Source: an uncultured Candidatus Saccharibacteria bacterium (GTDB lineage: Bacteria; Patescibacteriota; Saccharimonadia; Saccharimonadales; EFPC-124). From it: a stretch of DNA of 64,000 nt. The translations under genes and the position numbers were made by a program. Below the pieces are notes generated by a model that was not told the DNA's origin, made no database searches, and saw only the letters and a program-made list of their open reading frames with translations. Every line of letters starts with the position of its first letter. Position 1 is the stretch's first letter. Below are positions 59,520 through 64,000 of the stretch, one piece after another. The stretch covers positions 1,383 to 65,382 of the forward strand of contig CAZJVU010000003.1 of the NCBI GenBank assembly GCA_964550035.1, in the 5' to 3' direction.

Positions 59520-60996
59520 TGGACTTATTCGATTCGGTAGAGTTATGAACCGGACAGATTCTGAGACGCTGCGACACCCATTCGGCGCCAGCGCCGCGAG
59601 CTAAGTCGTCCGCGGCCTTTGGCCCCCACGAACCTCGCGGATATATCTCGATCCCGTTACTACTCATGCCCCATGTGCGTACGAGGTCATCGACGACTTC
59701 CCACGAGGCGACCACTTCGTCGCTGGTTGCAAAAAGCGTCTTGTCGCCCCGCAGCGCATCAACCAGCACTCGTTCGTAAGCATCGGGGTGTACACCGTCG
59801 CCTTTCTGGGCGTAGCAGAAATCCATCTGGACTTTTTCGGACTCGGAGTCGAAACCGGGCTTCTTGGCTTGTAGCTCGATCGAAATACCCTCATTCGGCT
59901 GGATGCGCAGCGTGAGCGTGTTTTGATGATCAGTCTCGGCGTCTTTAAATGTCAGCGTTATCTCCGTGACCTTCTCAGCTAGTGCTTTGCCGGTACGCAG
60001 AAGAATCGGCACCGCGCGCCAACGCGGCGTGTCGATTTCGAGCCGTATTGCCGCGTACGTTTCGGTCGTCGACGAATGGTTATGTACCTCATCGAGGTAG
60101 CCTTCGTATTGGCCGCGGACGGCTTGCTCGGCAATTTTGTCAGGACGAATAGGCTTAATAGCTTTGAGGAGTTCGAGCTTCTTAGCGTGAATATTCTCAG
60201 CATCGAGCTGCTGAGGTTGCTCCATCGTCACCAGTGACAGCAACTGCAACAGATGGCTCTGAATAATATCACGCAGCGCACCGGTCTGTTCGTAAAACGC
60301 CACACGCCCCTCGATGCCAATACTCTCCGCCGCTGTAATCGTCACCGAACTAATGGCGTCGCTGTCCCACACCGCCTTAAAAAGTGGATTGTGGAAGCGA
60401 AATGTCAGGATATTCTGTGCTGTCTCTTTAGCGAGATAGTGGTCCACGCGGTAGACTTGCTGCTCGCTGAATTCCCGCCCAAGCTGATCGATGAGTTCGT
60501 GTGCCGAGGCAAGGTCGTAGCCAAATGGCTTCTCGATAAGCAACCGGCTCTCACCCACCTTGTGGTCGCATCCAGAGGTCAGTTCAGCTTCACCGAGCAA
60601 CTTGCTAATAGAGCCGAACGTCTGCGATGGCACTGCCAAGTAGAACAGTCTGTTCGTACAGGCGCCGACGCGCGCCTCGTGTTCGTCGAGCACCGTCTTG
60701 AGCTTGGCGTATTCGTCTTTCTTTGACAGGTCCATAGTGAGGATACGCATGGACTTGCCAAAGCGCTCCAGCACCGCATCGTCACATTCTTCGTGGCTGT
60801 CGTTGATGCATTGACGGATGTCGTCCAGAAGCGCCTCGACTGTGGTGCCGCTGCGGGTAACGCCGATGATCTCGAAGCCTTCCGGCAAAAGGTCATCCTC
60901 TGCCAAATGGTACAGCGCCGGCAAAAGCTTGCGATGCGCCAAGTCACCTGTGATACCGAAAATAACGAGAGCCGCAGGGGCCAGAGATGTAGTCAT
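59512..60996 (-). CDS. zwf: Glucose-6-phosphate dehydrogenase
   Basis: 494 aa. Contains VIFGITGDLAHRKL, RVDHYLAKE and EKPFG motifs. Confidence 0.93.
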   Translation of the reverse strand: MTTSLAPAALVIFGITGDLAHRKLLPALYHLAEDDLLPEGFEIIGVTRSGTTVEALLDDIRQCINDSHEECDDAVLERFGKSMRILTMDLSKKDEYAKLKTVLDEHEARVGACTNRLFYLAVPSQTFGSISKLLGEAELTSGCDHKVGESRLLIEKPFGYDLASAHELIDQLGREFSEQQVYRVDHYLAKETAQNILTFRFHNPLFKAVWDSDAISSVTITAAESIGIEGRVAFYEQTGALRDIIQSHLLQLLSLVTMEQPQQLDAENIHAKKLELLKAIKPIRPDKIAEQAVRGQYEGYLDEVHNHSSTTETYAAIRLEIDTPRWRAVPILLRTGKALAEKVTEITLTFKDAETDHQNTLTLRIQPNEGISIELQAKKPGFDSESEKVQMDFCYAQKGDGVHPDAYERVLVDALRGDKTLFATSDEVVASWEVVDDLVRTWGMSSNGIEIYPRGSWGPKAADDLARGAGAEWVSQRLRICPVHNSTESNKSTK

Positions 60997-61032
60997 GGTC
61001 AGATTCCTTGCTATATGTTTTATAGTAGCATA

Positions 61033-61944
61033 TCACGCATCAGGGCGATTGAGTGGATGGCCACCGAACGCATTCCTGAGCGCCGCGAGGAGCTTGGTGC
61101 CAAATGTGATGACGCCCTTTTCGGAGTTTTTGCGCACCTGCACCGCAGCATCAATTGCTGGCGTGTCGACGTCGGCCTCACGTGCAACCTCGAGTGCCCA
61201 TCCTGCTTCGCCCGTCTCGAATACCACGCCGTCGGTGTTCTCGAGGTGTGGGTTCTGCCGCAGTACGTCGCCAGCCATACCGTTCAGACTCGAAGCGATG
61301 ATGCTCCCCCGCTGCCATACCCCAGACACCGCAGCAAGGTCGATATCCTTGAACGGACCTTCGCGGAGCAGTCGATAGCCCTCGGCGTACGATTCCATCA
61401 CACCGTATTCGATTGCGTTGTGCACCATCTTTATGTAGTGGCCGGTGCCAGTCGGACCGAAGTGCCTATAGCCCTGGGTCTGCGCCAGCGCCTTGATGAT
61501 CGGCTCTACGTGATGCACGGCTGCGCTGGTACCGCCGACCATCATCGAGAAACCGTTATTGAGCCCGAGGATGCCGCCAGAGGTCCCGACATCGACAAGT
61601 TCAACGCCTTTTTCTTGGCATCGGCTGTAACGCTGGAGTGTTTTGCGGTAGTCAGAGTTGCCGCCATCGACAATAATGCTACCCTTCGGCAGGAGTTTCA
61701 GAAGTTCGTTGATCTCGTTATCGACAAACGTGGCTGGAATCATCAGCCATACAACCGGCCGAGGTCCGAGCAGGTCGGCCATATGTCCGCGCTCAACCGC
61801 CGGGATAGCGCCCAGCCGTTTCACGCGACGAACTGCCGTCGGGTCGACATCGTGCGCTACAACTTCGTGGTTACTGCTCAGCAAGCGCGCAACCATTTGC
61901 GAGCCCATCTTGCCAAGTCCGACGAAACCTACCCTCATGTCCAC
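61033..61944 (-). CDS. gnd: 6-phosphogluconate dehydrogenase (decarboxylating, short form)
   Basis: VGFVGLGKMGSQM Rossmann motif plus GHYIKMVHNAIEYG. Confidence 0.85.
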   Translation of the reverse strand: MDMRVGFVGLGKMGSQMVARLLSSNHEVVAHDVDPTAVRRVKRLGAIPAVERGHMADLLGPRPVVWLMIPATFVDNEINELLKLLPKGSIIVDGGNSDYRKTLQRYSRCQEKGVELVDVGTSGGILGLNNGFSMMVGGTSAAVHHVEPIIKALAQTQGYRHFGPTGTGHYIKMVHNAIEYGVMESYAEGYRLLREGPFKDIDLAAVSGVWQRGSIIASSLNGMAGDVLRQNPHLENTDGVVFETGEAGWALEVAREADVDTPAIDAAVQVRKNSEKGVITFGTKLLAALRNAFGGHPLNRPDA

Positions 61945-62609
61945 CTCACTTCCTGATCTGTATATACAATAAGTTCTTTCGCTGCGCGCAACAACTGCGC
62001 GGGCTGGTCTTCTGCTGAGACATCGCTCTGCATACGCTCTAGCACGGGTCGCTTCGCCTCGCCCATCGCCACGACCGTCGCAAGGTCGAGCCGCTCGAAG
62101 AGTACCGGCGTGGTTGTCAGACGTTCAAAGTCCGTACCTTTATAGCCGACGACGAGCCGCTCGTCTTCGTGCACGCCTTTGGTGTGGGGCAAGATACCGG
62201 CCGTATGACCATCTGCACCGATGCCGAACTGACCAACAACCGCGTCAACTTCGCCAAGCACTTTCTGCAGTCGTTCGGCCCAGTCTGTGGCGGCGTCGTG
62301 CAGGCTTAGCTCCCAGTTGATGATCGGTGGCTCCAACCGCGCCTTCTCGCCGCTGAGCCCGGCATCGAGCAGTGCATGCCAATTGCTGTTGGGGCTGTCG
62401 ATTGGAACGAAACGCTCGTCGATCATACTAATCGTGAGATTGTGGTGCGTTGCATGTTTGAGCCGCGCTAGGACATCCATCTCGATCGGAATATTGCTCC
62501 CACCCGAGAGGAGCCACAAAACTTTGAGCTTGCTTTGCAGCGCACGATCAAGACCCCGAGCAATTGCTCCAGTTGCGTCCTCCACATTCGTCACAACAAG
62601 TCTGTGCAT
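61935..62609 (-). CDS. pgl: 6-phosphogluconolactonase
   Basis: Contains LSGGSNIP, IDERFVP and GIGADGHTAGILP motifs. Overlaps gnd by 10 nt. Confidence 0.8.
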   Translation of the reverse strand: MHRLVVTNVEDATGAIARGLDRALQSKLKVLWLLSGGSNIPIEMDVLARLKHATHHNLTISMIDERFVPIDSPNSNWHALLDAGLSGEKARLEPPIINWELSLHDAATDWAERLQKVLGEVDAVVGQFGIGADGHTAGILPHTKGVHEDERLVVGYKGTDFERLTTTPVLFERLDLATVVAMGEAKRPVLERMQSDVSAEDQPAQLLRAAKELIVYTDQEVRWT

Positions 62610-62717
62610 TGCCTCTATTTAACCACTGGACGTGAGTGAAACAAAATAGAATTTCCTCAGGCGTCAATCAGTTAGCACTGGTATAACAGAGGTCAAACTA
62701 ACAAGGAGCTTTACGAC

Positions 62718-63413
62718 ATGAGTAAAGACTTAGGCGCACCGGTTATTTCCCTCGCCGGAATTGGCAAAACGTACAAGTCTGGCGAGGAAGATACCACCGC
62801 GCTACACGATATCAACCTTACGATTAGCAAAGGCGAATTTGTCGCAATTATGGGCCCCAGCGGTTCGGGCAAATCCACCATGATGCACATCCTCGGCCTG
62901 CTTGATACGCCGTCTACCGGCACATACTTGCTCGACGGCCAAGACGTCAGCAAGCTCAAAAAGAACACGCAGGCTGATCTACGCAATCGCCACATTGGGT
63001 TTGTGTTCCAGCAGTTCAACCTCATGCCGCGCACAACGGTATTGGAGAACCTCCTACTCCCTACCGTGTACGGTGACCTGCCGGACCGCTACGAGCGCGC
63101 TGAGCAACTGCTCAAGAGCGTCGACCTCGCCGATCGCGCCACGCATACCGGCGCACAACTCTCCGGTGGACAGACCCAACGCGTCGCGGTGGCGCGTGCG
63201 CTCATGATGAGCCCATCGCTCATCCTGGCCGACGAGCCAACCGGCAATCTCGATACGAAACGCAGCGAAGAGATCATGAAGCTCTTTCGATCTATTAATA
63301 AGAAAGGCGCAACTATCGTGCTCATCACACACGAGCCCGAGATCGCCGCGTTTGCCGATCGCATCATCACCCTAAAAGACGGCCAAATAACCGCAGACAA
63401 GAGGAGCAACTAA
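62718..63413 (+). CDS. ABC transporter ATP-binding protein (MacB/LolD-like)
   Basis: Contains GPSGSGKST, LSGGQTQRVAVARAL and ILADEPTGNLD. Confidence 0.92.
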   Translation: MSKDLGAPVISLAGIGKTYKSGEEDTTALHDINLTISKGEFVAIMGPSGSGKSTMMHILGLLDTPSTGTYLLDGQDVSKLKKNTQADLRNRHIGFVFQQFNLMPRTTVLENLLLPTVYGDLPDRYERAEQLLKSVDLADRATHTGAQLSGGQTQRVAVARALMMSPSLILADEPTGNLDTKRSEEIMKLFRSINKKGATIVLITHEPEIAAFADRIITLKDGQITADKRSN

Positions 63414-63414
63414 T

Positions 63415-64000
63415 ATGAAACGATCGCTTCGTATCCTCGGACAAGCCTTTCGCGCTATTGGGCGCAACAAGGGCCGCAGCTTCCTGACGATGCTCGGCAT
63501 CATTATCGGTATCGCGTCGGTTATCGCGCTTGTGGCCGTCGGCAATGGCGCCAGCAACAGCGTAACCGGGCGCATCAGTTCGCTGGGCACCAGCGTCATC
63601 ACTATCCGTTCCGGTGCAGCCCCGCAAGGTGGTAGCCAAGGCGGGGTCCTTGGCGCTGGGCTGGGTGGCGGTGGTCAGCGCATGGTACGTGTCGAAAACG
63701 GCGGACCGAATGCCAAAGGCGTCGAAGCAACGCTCACCACTGCCGACCTCAAAGATGCCAAAGATAACGCCAAAGCCTGGAACCTCACCTCAGTCGCCGC
63801 CTACACCAGCAGCAACAGCGAGATTACTCTCGACAGCAAAGACAGTTCCGGCAACAACCTGACTGTTCGCATGGCCGTCAGCGGCACCGAGCCAAGCTAT
63901 TTCGGCATACAGTCGTTGACGTTCGCCGAGGGTAAGTCCTTTAGCGACAGCGATGTCACAAACGCGAACAAGGTCGTCGTACTCGGCAGCCAAGCTGCGA
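63415..64000 (+). CDS. ABC transporter permease (MacB/FtsX-like), 3' end beyond the window
   Basis: Not in the ORF track because it is truncated. Manual translation gives MKRSLRILGQAFRAIGRNKGRSFLTMLGIIIGIASVIALVAVG..., the typical MacB N-terminus. Confidence 0.8.
   Translation, partial: MKRSLRILGQAFRAIGRNKGRSFLTMLGIIIGIASVIALVAVGNGASNSVTGRISSLGTSVITIRSGAAPQGGSQGGVLGAGLGGGGQRMVRVENGGPNAKGVEATLTTADLKDAKDNAKAWNLTSVAAYTSSNSEITLDSKDSSGNNLTVRMAVSGTEPSYFGIQSLTFAEGKSFSDSDVTNANKVVVLGSQAA

Noticed and set aside
58698-59548. ORFs 58698-59450 (-), 58988-59548 (+) and 59023-59508 (-) overlapping ORF W.
   Set aside because: Their products are Arg/Ala/Pro/Gly-rich out-of-frame sequences. ORF W has AAGGAG plus ATG and a recognisable cold-shock-like motif.
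1-64000. Search for CRISPR arrays, tRNA/rRNA genes, integrases, transposases, terminal inverted repeats, attC-like sites, or direct repeats flanking the cassettes.
   Set aside because: Reading both strands by eye I found none. The only tandem repeat noted is the 15-bp duplication at 48065-48094. A computational repeat and tRNA scan would be needed to be certain.

Overview
This 64-kb window comes from a gene-dense chromosome of about 50% GC. Hand count: 52 G+C in 9001-9100. The core genes are pilB, dnaE, gatC-gatA-gatB, uvrB, pheS/pheT, murI and trxB, plus a sugar-phosphate set: PfkB kinase, fba, split transketolase, rpe-like, rpiB, gap, ppa and zwf-gnd-pgl. ABC exporters and many small membrane proteins are also present. 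From gene content alone, and unverified, this looks like a reduced Patescibacteria/Saccharibacteria (TM7)-type genome. I found no rRNA, tRNA, CRISPR array, integrase or transposase. The main result is compositional. There are 17 short GC-rich cassettes (hand count: 68 G+C in 59041-59140), totalling roughly 15 kb and 23 ORFs (labelled A-W). They sit exactly in intergenic spacers between housekeeping genes, including inside the sugar-phosphate gene cluster. Almost every cassette has three parts. First comes an AT-rich leader with a near-consensus sigma70-type promoter and a strong Shine-Dalgarno. Then come one to three ORFs with G/C-rich third codon positions. Last comes a GC-only hairpin, most with a perfect or one-mismatch 10-15 bp stem. 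Three cassettes hold paralog pairs (C/D, F/G, O/P). For F/G and O/P the promoter, leader and terminator appear to have been duplicated with the gene. Two cassettes are divergent gene pairs (A/B, H/I). One ORF (R) is frameshifted. One (W) has a cold-shock-like N-terminus behind a ~190-nt leader that contains a 17-codon uORF. I cannot place most of the 23 products in a named family. Several are predicted to be exported or membrane-anchored. The best candidate for an undescribed system is this cassette population as a whole, and within it the three-gene E-D-C module at 4669-6622. Other observations: a 111-nt rod-like RNA structure at 42327-42437, a possible HEPN-like membrane protein translationally coupled inside the gatCAB operon, an MsrA-like protein lacking the catalytic Cys, and a small four-repeat protein.
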